Of a stretch of DNA of 64,000 nucleotides, positions 23,410 to 36,088 are shown piece after piece (within the stretch, counting starts at the first letter, position 1; the number at the start of each line of letters is the position of its first letter). Under the pieces are notes generated by a model, which was given only the letters and a program-made list of their open reading frames with translations, had not been told where the DNA came from and searched no databases. A program made the position numbers and the translations under genes. The stretch is from the NCBI RefSeq assembly GCF_004010195.1, contig NC_057718.1, positions 52,824,498 to 52,888,497 of the forward strand, in the 5' to 3' direction. This stretch comes from Chiloscyllium plagiosum. Its lineage: Eukaryota.

Positions 23410-24345
23410 AGGAGAAGGAAACAAAGGGTGAAACAAAAGATAGAATGGGAAATTGGAAAAGTGACATAGAGTTCAAGTGGAAAATCATGTAAACAAGGTT
23501 AAAAATGTTACGATTCCAAGAATTAATGTTTTGTGTCTCAATGCACAGAGCATTCATAACAGAGAATTTCTAGAAACATGACAATCCAACCGGAACTCTA
23601 TCAACAAACACATTGACTTGGATCCGATTTACCAACCCCTGAGAAAAAGAACAAAAAATGACATCACCATGGGAAATGACATCACCAAAGGAAATGACAT
23701 CACCAACCCAAGGAAATCCAAACATAAAAATACAAAGCAGGCTACACCACCAGGGCTTCATCCGGAGGCTCACAGAAGATGTTGCCCAGTATGGTGACGA
23801 AATATCTGAAAGCGAGCAAGCCTACATCCATTATAAAAGATTCAATATCAAAGTATTTGGAAAACAATGACAGGATTGGATGGAGTCAGTATGGGTTTAC
23901 AAAAGGGAAATCAGGTTTGACAAATTCACTGGAATCTTTCAGGGATGTACCTAGTAGAGTGGAAAAGAGAGAACCAGTGGATGTGGCTTACTTGGTCTTT
24001 CAGAAAGCTTTTGATAAGGTCCTGCGTAAGAGATTAGCATGTAAAATGAAAGCATGTGGGATTGGAGACAGTGTACTGATATAAACAGAGAGCTGGCTGG
24101 CAGACAAGAAACAAAGAATAGGAAAAAACAGGCCATTTTCTAATGGGAGCTAGTGACTACTAGGATACTGCAGGACCAGTGCTTGGACCTAATTCTTGAC
24201 AATATGTCTTAATGATTTAGATGAGGGAATTGAACACAATATAAAGCAAGGGCAGGATACCGAGTTGGGTGATCAGCCATGATCATGTTGAATGGTAGAC
24301 TAAGCTCAAAGGGTCACTTAGCCTACTTCTGTCCTTCTTTTTCCT
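23410..24345 (+). mobile_element. Deleted CR1 ORF2 fragments
   Basis: NVLCLNAQSIHN (endonuclease start), SQYGFTKGKSGLTNSLESF..VDVAYLVFQKAFDKV (RT), CR1 tail. Confidence 0.8.
23560..23830 (+). mobile_element. Penelope-like 3' end nested in CR1
   Basis: REFLE...NSINKHIDLDPIYQPL; three ~16 bp aaatgacatcacc repeats; decayed hammerhead 'cagaagatgttgcccagtatggtgacgaaa'. Confidence 0.8.
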
Positions 24346-24469
24346 GGTTCTAAAAGAAAATAGAGGATTTTTCCTTCACTGGAGTTATTATGGCATTCCT
24401 ATGAAGATGGACTGTCGGTGAAACTAAGGCCTACTGAAGTCACCAGGAAGAAAGCACATAGTTCACCAT

Positions 24470-24744
24470 GCAAGCTTTGTGAAGGTTTGTAGCTCAGGTT
24501 GAGGTTTAGGGTGTGGGTTTGCTCGCTGAGTTGTAGGTTTGATATCCAGACATTTCATTACCCGTTCGAACAGGAAATGACATCACAACAAACCCCAGAA
24601 ACCCTATCCAGGACAGACATATAAATAGAAAGCAGGAGACAACAGCTTCGCTTCACTTGGAGGTCACCACTGATGATGTTACCTAGCCAGGTAATGAAAC
24701 ATCTGGATATCAAACCTACAGCTCAACAAGCAAACCTACACCCT
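24470..24744 (+). mobile_element. Penelope pLTR with 5' inverted partial copy and TSD
   Basis: Hammerhead-like cca-ctgatga-t-gttacc-tagcca-ggtaat-gaaac-atc-tgg at 24667-24706; 12 bp TSD atagttcaccat (24458-24469 and 24745-24756). Confidence 0.88.
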
Positions 24745-27633
24745 ATAGTTCACCATTTATAGAAAATAACCTTATGCTTCATTGAAGAACAAAGTTTGAT
24801 TTTTTTTTTACAACTGAATGAGTAAGGTCTTTTTTGAGACAGCTCTGCAAAATCTATGACACATGTTATTTGTCATTGTTTAAGTAATTACTTACTATTT
24901 TGCAATTAAAATAACTATTCATACAGATTAATGGAAGGAGAGACTGAGCAGATTGACTTAGTGACTCAGCTTCATATAGGCATCTTTTAAAAGGTCAAGC
25001 AGATGTATATTGTAGTGTAACTGAAAAACAAATTAACTCCCCCTGACTGCTATCATATGCCACTATTTTTGGATCTGATATTCTAGACTTTTATTTGAAT
25101 GACAAAATGTAACAAACTGTTGAAACCAATACAGTGGTACTTTTTTAATGTTATCATTCACTATGTGCATGAATAGCACTGTATTGCTTTTATGTTCTAA
25201 ATAAATCATTATGGATGATTTGAGTAGGAGGATAATTTTGCCATAAGTGCATAACTTCACATTTTGCTCCATTGAAAATTTCATGAAAAATGTGTATATT
25301 TTCAGAAGTACTTGCTGTTCTTAAGAATACAATAATCCTAATTAGCACAGCAGGTAAAATGGTGCAATGTCAAAAGTAAATTGGCTGAGCACAATTCGTT
25401 ACTAAACCTGATGATTAATTATTTTGGTAGATTGTAAAATGAATAGCAACGATTAATATACCATGTTAGAATGCATATTTAGTTTTCATATTTTTGCACT
25501 TATTCTGCATTAATCTCAATGTAAGATCCACTGAAGTCATACTTTATTTTATGGCTCAGGCTAAGAGCAAGCAATTGTTTATTTCTTGGAAGTAACCAAC
25601 ACTTTTCTCAACCAGCTGCTTGGAGCAGAGAATGTTATGAAATGTTTTTCCTGTTTTAATTGTTGGTTTTAATTTTCCCTCCTTTGTTTCTAGTGAATAA
25701 TTGAATAATCTTTATTCACCTTCCTCTGTGCCAGTAAAATCAGATTAACAATTGGACACTTGAAGAATTTCAAATTCACTTCACAGTCCTAGTACACAGC
25801 AGCTCTAGGCCTCCAAATGTCTGCACTACTGCTAAAAACAAAATCTTATTCAATAGCTGTACTAGATCTACAGCATGACAGGAACACTATGTTAAAAAGT
25901 GTCTTTAATAATACAATGATGGAATCCCTTAATGGCTGCCGAGGGGAGTACATCTTCTGGTATTGCTGGGATGCAGGGAACAGGAAGATCCTACATTTGG
26001 TCCTTAATCTATGCTGGATCATCTGTTTTCAGCTGGAGTGGTGACAGGTTACATATCATGCATAAGTTCTGGATACAGTCAACTTTGGTTTAATATATTC
26101 CTGGAAATTTGTGGAGGTACTCGTTATTTCCAGGGAATCTGATCATATGATCGAAAACCTGTTATATTTAATCACATGACATCTGTTTACATGACAACTC
26201 TATTTGCAAATTTGATCGTATTTATCTTAGTTGAGTGCCTGAGTATTACTAAGCACTGAATAAAAATATTAGACTTGCTTCAGTGTTGAGCTGAAATGCA
26301 AAATAAATGATAAATCAAAGAAGAAACATAAAGAATGTATCGACGTGAAGCTACATAATGTTTACATTTTTAAAAAGTGGCTATTTTCTATAAAATTGAC
26401 TTCAATAAGAAGCATGAAAGAAATATGACTGAATTAATAAAAATGTTATCAAGGAGATGAATCCTAACTAATTTCTTTTTGTTGAATTTGACTTCATGAA
26501 ATGGAGTTAAACATCAAAACTAGATCTGATGGAAGCCAATTCATTGACATTCATACCACACCATGGTAACCCAGCTTCAGGAAGCTGAAGATCAGTCCTC
26601 AGGAAAAGAACATTAAAGCTGCCGAACTTGCCAAAATAAAAAGATTGTACAGCAATGCGCAACATAGTCTGGCACAAAACGCCCCTTTCTCAGCAGTTAT
26701 GTTAGGTGTTTTATTTTGTTTATTTTTCATTGAAGGTTCATGTCAATTTCCATTGTTATACTTGTCACACAGTGGGACATGGCTGAACTTGCAGTTCAGC
26801 TGACCTTTTTGTCTTTGTGTTATTAAGGAGATTATCTGAGATCAGCTATTAGAAGGGATAATTGAAATATTCTTGGTGAACTCAAAGCACTGTAAGAACT
26901 CTGCCAGCCAATATTCTGAAGTGGATGCACACTTGGATAATCCTCATACCACCTTTTAGGATCCTCATTCTCTTACTACAACTGATTATTCATTATCCCA
27001 TTCCCATTCCCACCACTCCCAGTTTGCTACAGCCCATTCTCATTTCACTTCTCTGTGCCTTAACTATACCCTCTGTCCCCTCCTGGATCCATTTTGAACT
27101 CTTTCATTCCCCCAGCACAGTACACACCCTGCTCTCACAACTATGACAATCCTGCCAGTATCAAACCTCCATGCAACCTGCCATTTTCCTCTCCCTTGTA
27201 GAAATCATGGAATACTGTTAACCTGGCACACAATTGGACATAGCTGACTGAGGCATGCCACCTTTAAACAAATATGAACCGTGTGCATTGATATTCTTGC
27301 AATCTACAAGCTTCATTTTTGAAGTCACAAGTTTCATTTTGAATGTTTTTTAAGGTTGATGTGAGGATCATAATGCCACAAGTGTGCCTGAGATCTCTGC
27401 ATGTCAACCTGCATCAGTATTTCAAACTTTCACATCCAACCTCATTAAGTTAAACTGATGCCATGTTTTCTGTCCTTCTGGCCATCTTAAAACCATCCCC
27501 TGTACCCAGAAAATAGTGCATATTTTTGATCTCCTTATTTAAAAATCAGGTAGTTCAGATGGTTAAGTCTGTGGTAGTTAATAGTGTCGTGAGTGTTGGT
27601 TTAGATAGGTTGTTATTGATTCTGCTTGTTTTC

Positions 27634-28350
27634 AGAATTAGAATTAGTTTTATTGTCACATGCACTCAAATGAGAACTCAAATGAGTACAAGTGAAAAGT
27701 TTACAAGTCACTACTTATGGCGCCATTTTAGGAACAAAGGTACCGATTCTGAAGTACACATTCTTAAGAAAAAATCCGAAAAATAAAGAAATGAAAATTT
27801 CAGAGTAACAGTCCTTCCAACCAGTCCATGCTGGTATCTCACCTCTAGTCCTTGACTTCAGACCATGCCAGGCTTCACCTCAAGGCTTTCGAGGCCAGGA
27901 GACCTCTTGTAAATTATCTGAAAGTTGAATGTCCATGCTGCGACTACACAGGCCAACAAAACATCTTGCCGGCCTACCAAGAGACTGCCAGTCCAGGCTG
28001 CCATTTTGCGACACTGACAGACCGTTACGCCTGGCCAGAAGACCACCATGCCGAGCTGGGAGATCACCACGCCTGACTGAAAGGTCACCACAATAGGCTG
28101 GGAAGCCAACATGCTGAGCCAAGAGATTGTCACACCAGGCTGAGGGACCACTATGACAGGCCGAAAGATTACCATCCCAGGTCTTTGCTGAGGCCCAGAG
28201 TCTGAGTCTATGCTGAGGCTGGAAGTTCCAGACATTGCCGAGAAAACAAGAAAAGAAACACAATAAAGAGAAAAGAAGAGAAAACAAAGAAAATAAACAG
28301 ATGGAGTGGACAAACTCTAGCTGAGGAGTCGTGCTCTGCTGCCATCTTGG
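27634..28350 (-). mobile_element. Non-coding retroposon with Rex1/Babar-like termini and internal ~20 bp tandem repeats
   Basis: Minus-strand head caagatggcagc; tail 'ttttcact...catgtgacaataaaac(taattc)n'; degenerate ggctgggagaccaccacgcc-type array at ~27990-28180. Confidence 0.55.
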
Positions 28351-28469
28351 ATCAAGTTCCTTCTATTGCCCATTGTAATATCATTGCACCATTGAGTCTT
28401 GATCAGCAATGTTCAGATATAGAAGACTCTATTTGAAGACAGAGATGTAAGGATGATATATTGATATTT

Positions 28470-29280
28470 ACATTGGAGACAGGTCAAAATAAGTTTACTA
28501 GCTTAATTCCTGGAATGAAGGAACTGTCTTATGAGGAAACATCGAGCATGTTTGAGTGGTACTGATTAGAGTTTAGAAGGATGAGAAGTGACCTTATTGA
28601 AACATATACAATTCTCAGGGGACTTCACAGAGTAGACGACAATACCCTTCCTGGAGAGTCGAGAAGCCTGAGGCATAGTATCAGAACATGGGATTGTCTG
28701 TCAAAGAAGGAGGTGAAGATGAATTAGTTCTCTCAGAAGTTTATGAACATTTGGGCTTGTTTATACCAAAACTGTTAAGGTTATGTCACTGAATATATTC
28801 GTGGCTTAGTTAGACAGATACTTGAGCAATAGAGGGATTTGTCAAGGGTTTGTTAAACAGGCAGGAAAGTGAGGTTCAGATCAGCCATATCTTATAGAAT
28901 CGAAAAATGTGGCTCTGGAAAAGTACAGCAGGTCAGGCAGGATCAGAGAAGCAGGAGAGTCGATGTTTTGGGCATAAGAAGCCTCTTCCAAAGATGCCCA
29001 CCTTGAAGAAGTTGTCCTCCCTATTCCACAAGGATTTCAGTGAGTCTCTCTCTCTCATTGCAACCCCCAGTTCATTTCCTCTGCCTCATTCCTGATGAAG
29101 GGCTTATGCTTGAAACATCGACTATCCTGCTCCTCAGATGATCCCTGACCTGTTGTGTTTTTCTAGCGCTACGTTTTTCGACTTTGATCTCCAGCATCTG
29201 CAGTCCTAATTTTCTCCATATTTAACAGAATGCCAGAGGAGATTCAAGGGCATATATACTCTCCTCCCACTCTTCGTTTT
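28470..29280 (+). mobile_element. CR1 3' fragment split by a Penelope-derived unit
   Basis: KFTSLIPGMKELSYEE...LEFRRMRSDLIETYTILRG; the tail resumes after 29218. Confidence 0.8.
28900..29218. mobile_element. Penelope-derived inverted unit with hammerhead core
   Basis: ctgatga-a-gggc-ttat-gctt-gaaac-atc at 29092-29119; inverted partial copy at 28900-28978; imperfect TSD ccatatcttatagaat / ccatatttaacagaat. Confidence 0.82.
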
Positions 29281-29523
29281 TCTGGTTTCGGTTTTGTTGT
29301 TGCAGCTCATCTGAAGTCCAAAGTAATTCATTGCCTGAACCCCATCAATCTGTCATGCCCAGAAAGGACATCATATTCTGACTTTTTAAGAAATAGAATT
29401 CTGTCATTGTGGACTTTTTGAAATTTACATCAAATCGTAAATAATACTGAAAAGATGGTTGTCAAGAGTCAGGTGATATCTGCTGTTTCTGCACAGACAA
29501 AGCATTATCTAAGGTTTGAATAT

Positions 29524-30132
29524 TGTGGCTTTAAAAATTGTGTTTTGTCCTGGTTTCTTTTTAGAGAGAGGTTAGGGAACAGGTACCAAACAGTCTATGA
29601 GAAGATAAACAACTTGTGAGGCCTTTAGTTTTTATTAAAGTGGGAACAATTGAAGCAGCCTGAATGGGTATGGTCAGACTCGCACAGAAGCAGGATCTAT
29701 ATTCTTAGCTTTCACCAGTTGCCATTGGGATGTTGAAGAAATGAAAGTTTTTTTTTCCCTTTCTCTCAGTTACAGCCCAAAAGCTGATTATTCTCTTTCA
29801 GTCACGGGAGTTGCATGTGAGACAATCTGTGTTCTGAATTTGCCTTTCTCCAAGGATGTATTTATGGGATATTGCTACATTGGAACAGATAAATAATAAT
29901 AGTTACTGTATTTACTATTCTGTTAAATTTTCTAATTGAGTTAAGTTATTCCAATTCCTTCTTTCTTTTGTTGTATTTAACTATAGTGGATGAATTAAGT
30001 GTGTTTTGTTTTAAATCTGATAGTTTGATCAATCGAATTGCACCTGGAATGCAACACCTTACTTTTAGCTTTAAAATATGAAAACATTAGAGTCTAGACT
30101 ATCTTTGAGGGGGTTTGATCTGGTCCATAGCA
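29524..30132 (+). mobile_element. Solo LTR related to the Gmr1-like LTR
   Basis: TG...CA; the 3' end 'tttgagggggtttgatctggtccatagca' resembles the reverse complement of the LTR start at 13487; flanks atat / acat. Confidence 0.65.
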
Positions 30133-30189
30133 ACATGCTTCTGAAAACTTCTTCAGTTGCTGATGTCTGTGGGTGGCCTTCCTACCCCT

Positions 30190-31193
30190 ACCCCTTGAAT
30201 ATAAGAGACAAAACCACATGCAGAATTTAAAACTCCTTTGTATATGTATTTATCAAAACTCAAAATCACTAACCCACTACCCCAAGTAAAGCATCTGTGA
30301 GCTTGATGTTTAAAAAAGAGAGGTGCAGAGAATACTAAGCAGGTGTGAACAGCCAGCAATAAGTTCCTTCCAGAAAATAGTAGTATTATCTTCTACTCCA
30401 AAAACCAGGCAGAGAGGTAAGTCTGGAAAGTCAGAAGAAAGACCATTTGTCTAAGCAGAAGAACAGAACTCTACCAATTAACCAACCAACTGAAGCAGTA
30501 GAAATGTGATTAAGTTGTTTTCACCTGAGAGCCTCACCTTTATAGAAACATGATGATAAACCTGCAGTGATTGTAATGCGGTCAGCCATAGTAAATCAGT
30601 TCCCTGATTGAGGCTGTTACTCTGGTCCATTCATGGAGCCCTAGCTAACAGATTAGGAACAGGAGTGTAAGACATCCTGTTCACTCTGAAAGCTGGTTCT
30701 GAGGGAGCTGCATCAGTGCGAAGGAAATTCCACGTGTAAATAGGATATCAACCTCTGTGGAGTTATTTCAACCTCTCTGAACATCCAAAGACTTCCAGCT
30801 ACTTTTTTTCCAGAATATAGAACCCATCTTAGCCTGCAATTTATGCAGTTTCAGGAACTATTTAGCTCTGTGATATACTCCTTCTCAATCTGTTGATAAT
30901 CTAGCTGTGTGCTTTTTGCTCTGAGATCCATCTTTACTTGTGCATGTGCCTGCATGTGATGGAGTGAGGGTATTTGTCATATTTACATTCTACGGTATTG
31001 AGGGAATAAATGTTTGCTGTGTCTCCTGATTTTAAACTTGCCCAAAAGCCTTTCTCAACTCTATTATTAAAAATTGCAACTGCACAAAGGGATTTTAAAG
31101 AAGAAAGTCCTCTTTAAAGAAGTGTTGCAAACAACTGAGAGGTGAGTGAACTGGTGAGAAGATACCAACCACCATCTCTCTGCATTCATTACA
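30190..31193 (+). mobile_element. Probable solo LTR with a short LTR (~30563-30770) nested inside
   Basis: Ends ...cattaca; contains aataaa; the inner unit runs tgcagtgattgtaatg...gagttatttca. Boundaries approximate. Confidence 0.45.
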
Positions 31194-31679
31194 AAGGTAA
31201 ATAGCACTGTCAAGGCATTATAATAAACACACAGCACAAGTAGTATGAATGAACCCTTTCACACAAGCAGACAAGAAAGCAGCTATAAATATTCAGTCTT
31301 GACATGTTTCTCTTTCATGGTTTTGACCCCATGTATTTCCAATGACTTTTCGCCTTCTTTTCAATGACAAGTTCAAAACAATGGGTCAATTAATTAATGT
31401 AATTATTTGATATGTGAAAATATTTCAAATTTGAATGATTATCATTAATGATCAAATGCCAGATTTCCTGGGTTTTGAGAAACCTGAAAGCTGAAGGTTG
31501 ATTAGAATGGTCAAACTCAGCCTTTCCAGCAATGCTCACAGCAATGAGAAATATGACTGGTTCTCCCTCAACTGGGAGAATGCTAGCCAGCTTTCCTTTC
31601 TTTAATTGGTTAACTTTCCCAACCTACAACCCAAAGCTCTCCCCAGAATCTTTGCCCATTAAAATCCACTAAATAATAA

Positions 31680-32800
31680 CAGACTCAGTTGTCGGCCATT
31701 CAGCCCCTTGAACACGCTCCATTATTCAATAAGATAGTGGCTAAAGTATGCATTTCTAATGCACACTTATCCCCTATAACCTTAAGAATTTATCTACCTC
31801 TGGATTTAAAATATTCAAAAGATACCACCTCCCCCATCTTCTGAGACAAAGAGTACCAAAATCACGCATCTTTCTCAGAGAGAAGAAAATTTCCTCATCT
31901 CTGTTTTAAAATGACAGCATCTAATTATTAAATGGTGTCCCCTTGTTCTGGATTCACTTACAAGAGGAAACACGTTATTCACAAACATCTTGTCAAGACT
32001 GTTCTGGATCTTATACACATGAATCAAGGCACCCCTGAAACTTCTAAACTCCAGTGAAAACAAACCATTCCAGGTATTTATCTAGCAAACCTCCCTTAGA
32101 CTGCCTCCAATGCATTTACACCCTTTATAAATTAGAGACCAAAATTGCACACTGCATTTCAGATGTGATCTCGCCAATGCCTGATATAATTGAAGCATAA
32201 CATCCTTATTTATATCTTAAATTTCTCACATAATACAATGTAGCATTCCATTATCTTCTGAATTTCTCTTTGTACTTCTTGAGAGACAAATCCTTCTGAT
32301 TAAGACAGTCATAGAGTCAGAGAGTTGTACAGCATGGAAACAGACCCTTTGGTCCAACCCATCCATGACAACCAGATTATACAACTTAATCTAGTCTCAT
32401 TTACCAGCATTTGGTCCATTTCGTTTAAACCCTTCCTATTCATATTCCCATCCAGATACCTTTTAAATGTTGTTATTGTACCAGTCTCCACCACTTCCTG
32501 TGGCAACTCATTCCATACGCACAACACCCTCTGTGTTAAAAAGTTGCCATTTTCCCCTTTCACTTTAAACCTCTACTCTCTAGTTTTAGACTCCCATGCC
32601 AGAGGGAAAAAAGACCTTGGTTATTCACCTTATCCATGCCTATCATGATTTCATAAACCTTTATAAGGTCACCCCTCAGCCTCTGATGCTCCAGGGAAAA
32701 TAGCCCCAGCCTAGTCAGCCTCTTCCTATACACACACCCTCCAAACCTGGCAATATCCTTGTAAATCTTTTCTGAACCCTTTCTGGTTTCACAACGTCCT
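31680..32800 (-). mobile_element. Two CR1 3' fragments (31680-32290 and 32307-32800)
   Basis: FSLEFRSFRGALIHVYKI; LFSLEHQRLRGDLIKVYEIM; TQRVLCVWNELPQEVVE; (GACTCTAT)-type tail. Confidence 0.88.
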
Positions 32801-33140
32801 GAGGTAATGTTAGTATCATAATGATCCATCATCTCAGACTGATAGTTTTGGGACATGAGTTCATATCCCTCTGCTGCTGATGGTGAAATATGAATTCAAT
32901 AAAAAGCTGGAATTAAAATTAGATTAATGGTGACCATGTTACTACTGTCAATTGTCACTAAACAAAAATCTAGCTCTCCAATGATCTTTAGGGAATGAAA
33001 TCTTTCACTTTTGCCTGGTCTGGCCTACATGTCTCCCCAGACCCATAACAATGATTTAACTCAACTTCCCTCTAAACAAATTGGAATGGTCCATAAATGC
33101 TGGTCTTGTCACAATGCCCCCATGCCATGAATAAATTAGA
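32801..33140 (+). mobile_element. MetaSINE-like tRNA SINE
   Basis: Same core and tail as the 21326 copy. Confidence 0.7.
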
Positions 33141-34041
33141 GAAAAGCATCACTGCACCTTTAGCTTCTGCTGTCATTCCCTGTTTTGATTATACATTTTT
33201 AAAATTTTCTTTACAAAACATTTTCCTAAGTTATACTGTGATTATCCCATCTAGTGTTATTATTAGACAGATCAAATCCCAGACTGAAACCTGGGAGCAG
33301 CTCATATTTTTCTTATTAAACAAAGTGCTCTTTCACGGTAACATAAGCACACAATGCTGCAGGATTTTTTTACAATAAAAGAGAAGTTTATTTCACAAAA
33401 GAAATGAAGAAAAATTGGTAAAGAGCCAAGCTATTTTAATACAATACAATTTGAAAGATTTTGAAAACGTACAGTTATATTATTCTATCTGTCCCAACAG
33501 GATCCATTTATAGGGCTCAAACACTAGACAGAATTCCCTTCTCTATCACATCTAGAGGTTTGATTTACCTGTTACTTTCAGTTCCTGGTTTTGAGTCTGA
33601 CAATTTCTCCCTTGAGTATTCTTACAACTGAGCTCAGACCTCCCCAGCTTCAAATAAACCCTTCAGGTGCTAACCAACCACATCTATTGTGGAATTTCTT
33701 TTTCTGAAGTAACTCCTTGTTCTAGGAGAACTGTGTCCTTATACATAACTTCAACCAAATGTTGAATTGAATTGAATCCAACAGCTTTCCAAGCATTCCA
33801 TGTTTTTGTGTTTTCCCGAAGCAAAAACAATTCAATTCATGATCAACCAAACTGAAAGCAGACTGATGCTCTTCAATGTTTACTCTGTCCATTTGTAAAA
33901 CTCTCCAAATGCAAACAAATCCCTGTTACCTCTCCAGGAAGTCTGCCTCTCACACTGGTTTCAAAAAGCTGTGGCTCGAGAAATAATGAAGTTAATCATT
34001 AAAGTCCCTCATATGCACAAACCAAAATGCACATTCCCCTA

Positions 34042-34266
34042 CATGTTGTTCTGCTATAATATGCATTTTGTTAATGCAACTTCAATGTAATGCAATTGCA
34101 GAATTGGGGATTGGGACACTGTTTATAAAGCATGAACTTTTAAAATGTGTGTTGGCTGTAACATGATTACAACGGCAACACTTTAAATGCTGTTTCTAAA
34201 GCATGATTTTTTTATAATGCGGGATTGCACAAGAACGTAACCATTGTGTTGTAGAAGAACTACTTG
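34042..34266. mobile_element. Tc1/mariner (Tigger-like) MITE
   Basis: TIRs catgttgttctgctataa ... ttgtagaagaactacttg with TA on both sides. Confidence 0.78.
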
Positions 34267-34289
34267 TATTTAAAAATTGAAACTCTAGA

Positions 34290-34457
34290 ATAGATAGTTT
34301 ATCTCTCCACCCCCAACGCTCCAGCCTCATTCCTGATGACGGGCTTTTGCCTGAAAAGTCGATTCTCTGCTCCTCGGGTGCTGCCTGACCTGCTGTGATT
34401 TTCCAGCACCACATTCTCGACTCTAATCTCCAGTAATATGCAGTCCTCACTTTCACC
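34290..34457 (+). mobile_element. Penelope-derived unit with hammerhead core
   Basis: ctgatga-c-gggc-tttt-gcct-gaaa-agtc at 34333-34360, followed by the family tail. Confidence 0.82.
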
Positions 34458-35123
34458 TAGTGTAAATAACATACGTTACATCAGAAAATCCATTTGACAG
34501 ACAGAACTTTTTTTCCAAGGTACCAACTGAGAAATATTCTTATGTCCTATTCATAGCACACTTTCCCACCTGTCTTGTAGCATCCATAAATGGACCATGC
34601 ACTAAATGCAGAGTACCTACAAGCTCCACAAGGCAAGTTACTCCTTCAGACTACTTCACTTCAATTGTTAACTGTGACTTTCCTTTCAAAAGAACATGCT
34701 GATTCATCCTGATTACCTTGAGTTGTTGCAAATATGTATCTACAACCTTCTTATGTATAATTCCAGTGCCTTTCACATGGCAGATGTCAAGTTAACTGAC
34801 CTGTAGTTTCTTGTTTCTTCCTCCCTCCATTCTTGAACAGAAGAGTTATATTTGGTACTGGAAGAACTCTTCCAGAATCTAATGAATTTCAGAACATTTT
34901 CATTATTACTCTATTACTTCATTAACCAACTCATTTAATAAGCTAAGAAGACGTCAATTGGTTGAGGGGATGTACGGACTATAGTTCCATCATTTTGCTT
35001 AATATCATTTTCCTAGTGATTGTATTTCCACAAATGTTCTCTCTGCCTTCCACCTCCTGATTTACACCTATTTCTATAATATTTTTGTTTTATATCCTCT
35101 TTTGTGATGATAGAGCAAAATAT

Positions 35124-35223
35124 CTTTGAAGAAACATCATTGGACTCAAAATGTTAAATTTGTTTCTCTCTCCATAGATACTGCCAGATCTGCTGTGTTT
35201 CTCCAGCATTCTTTGTTTTCTTC
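35124..35223 (+). mobile_element. Short Penelope-derived unit (second subfamily) with TSD
   Basis: 12 bp direct repeat agagcaaaatat (35112 and 35224); decayed tgaaga...caaaatgtt core; reverse fragment of the same family at ~43060-43115. Confidence 0.65.
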
Positions 35224-35907
35224 AGAGCAAAATATTTATTCATTTCAAGAATAATTTCCTTACTATCTACTACCAATCCCATCCTTCAGAGGACCAAAAA
35301 TCGCTTTACTTTTATTATTTTAAAATATCTTTAGAATCTCTTTAAATTCATTTTTACATTTCTAATTTGCCTCCTCTCATTCTCTTATTTGTTTCTCCTG
35401 ATTAATCTTTTAGTCATTTTCCATCATTCTTTATATCTAATTATCCTGCCACTCACCTTTGTGCCACTAAATGCTTTTTAGATAATCTGAATAACTTCAT
35501 TTAACACTCAGTCCTGACGGTTGGTGCATTTTTCAGGTTTATTCTTTCTGTCCTCTCCTGACATTCTCGTCCTTCAATTTCCATATTTATATTCTGCTCT
35601 CCAACTTTACCGTTACCCCTACATTTGTTGAAGGTACTTAAGCTTTAATCCTCACTCGCATTGTTTAGTTTAAAGCCCTCTCTACTTCCTCAGAGATACT
35701 GTTTTTATGGACCAACACTTACAGCATGGCCCAAGTGAAGACATACTAATAATACCTAGTGCAGCCCTCATATTCCCCAGTAATGTGTTCTGTACTCTAT
35801 GAAATGGAACCATTGTCAATAGCTTTAAGTGTCCACCACAATTAGCATGTGCTTCAGTTACCCGTCAGGCCTTGCTCTCCAATTTAATGCCTGGCTCCTG
35901 ATACCGA

Positions 35908-36088
35908 CTAGAGACAAAAGAAATCTGCAAATGCTAGAATCCAAGGTAGACAGAAGGAGGCTGGAAGAACACAGCAAGCCAAGAAGTCAACATTCAGGTG
36001 TCCTGAAGAAGGGTTACACCTGAAACATTGACTTCTCCACTTCTTGACGCTGCCTGGCTTTCTCGGTCTTTCAGTCTCCTGCCTGTTT
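35908..36088. mobile_element. Penelope-derived inverted unit (third subfamily)
   Basis: ctgaaga-a-gggt-tac-acct-gaaac at 36003; left half is the reverse complement of the right half. Confidence 0.72.

Larger units (their letters stand above)
33237..34480. mobile_element. Probable solo LTR with nested MITE and Penelope unit
   Basis: Starts TGTG and is similar to the 727 segment; right end uncertain. Confidence 0.4.

Noticed and set aside
24896..25020. Minus-strand segment with good splice signals
   Set aside because: Stops in all three frames; cannot be supported as coding.
25817..26044. ORF with WDAG resembling a small GTPase G3 box
   Set aside because: No DxxG spacing or flanking GTPase motifs, and opposite strand to the CCC candidate exon.
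27990..28180. Regularly spaced short repeats resembling a CRISPR array
   Set aside because: Degenerate head-to-tail units without unique spacers, no cas genes, vertebrate context.
27858..28313. 151 aa and 135 aa ORFs
   Set aside because: They arise from a GC-rich degenerate tandem repeat inside a retroposon and show no domain motifs.
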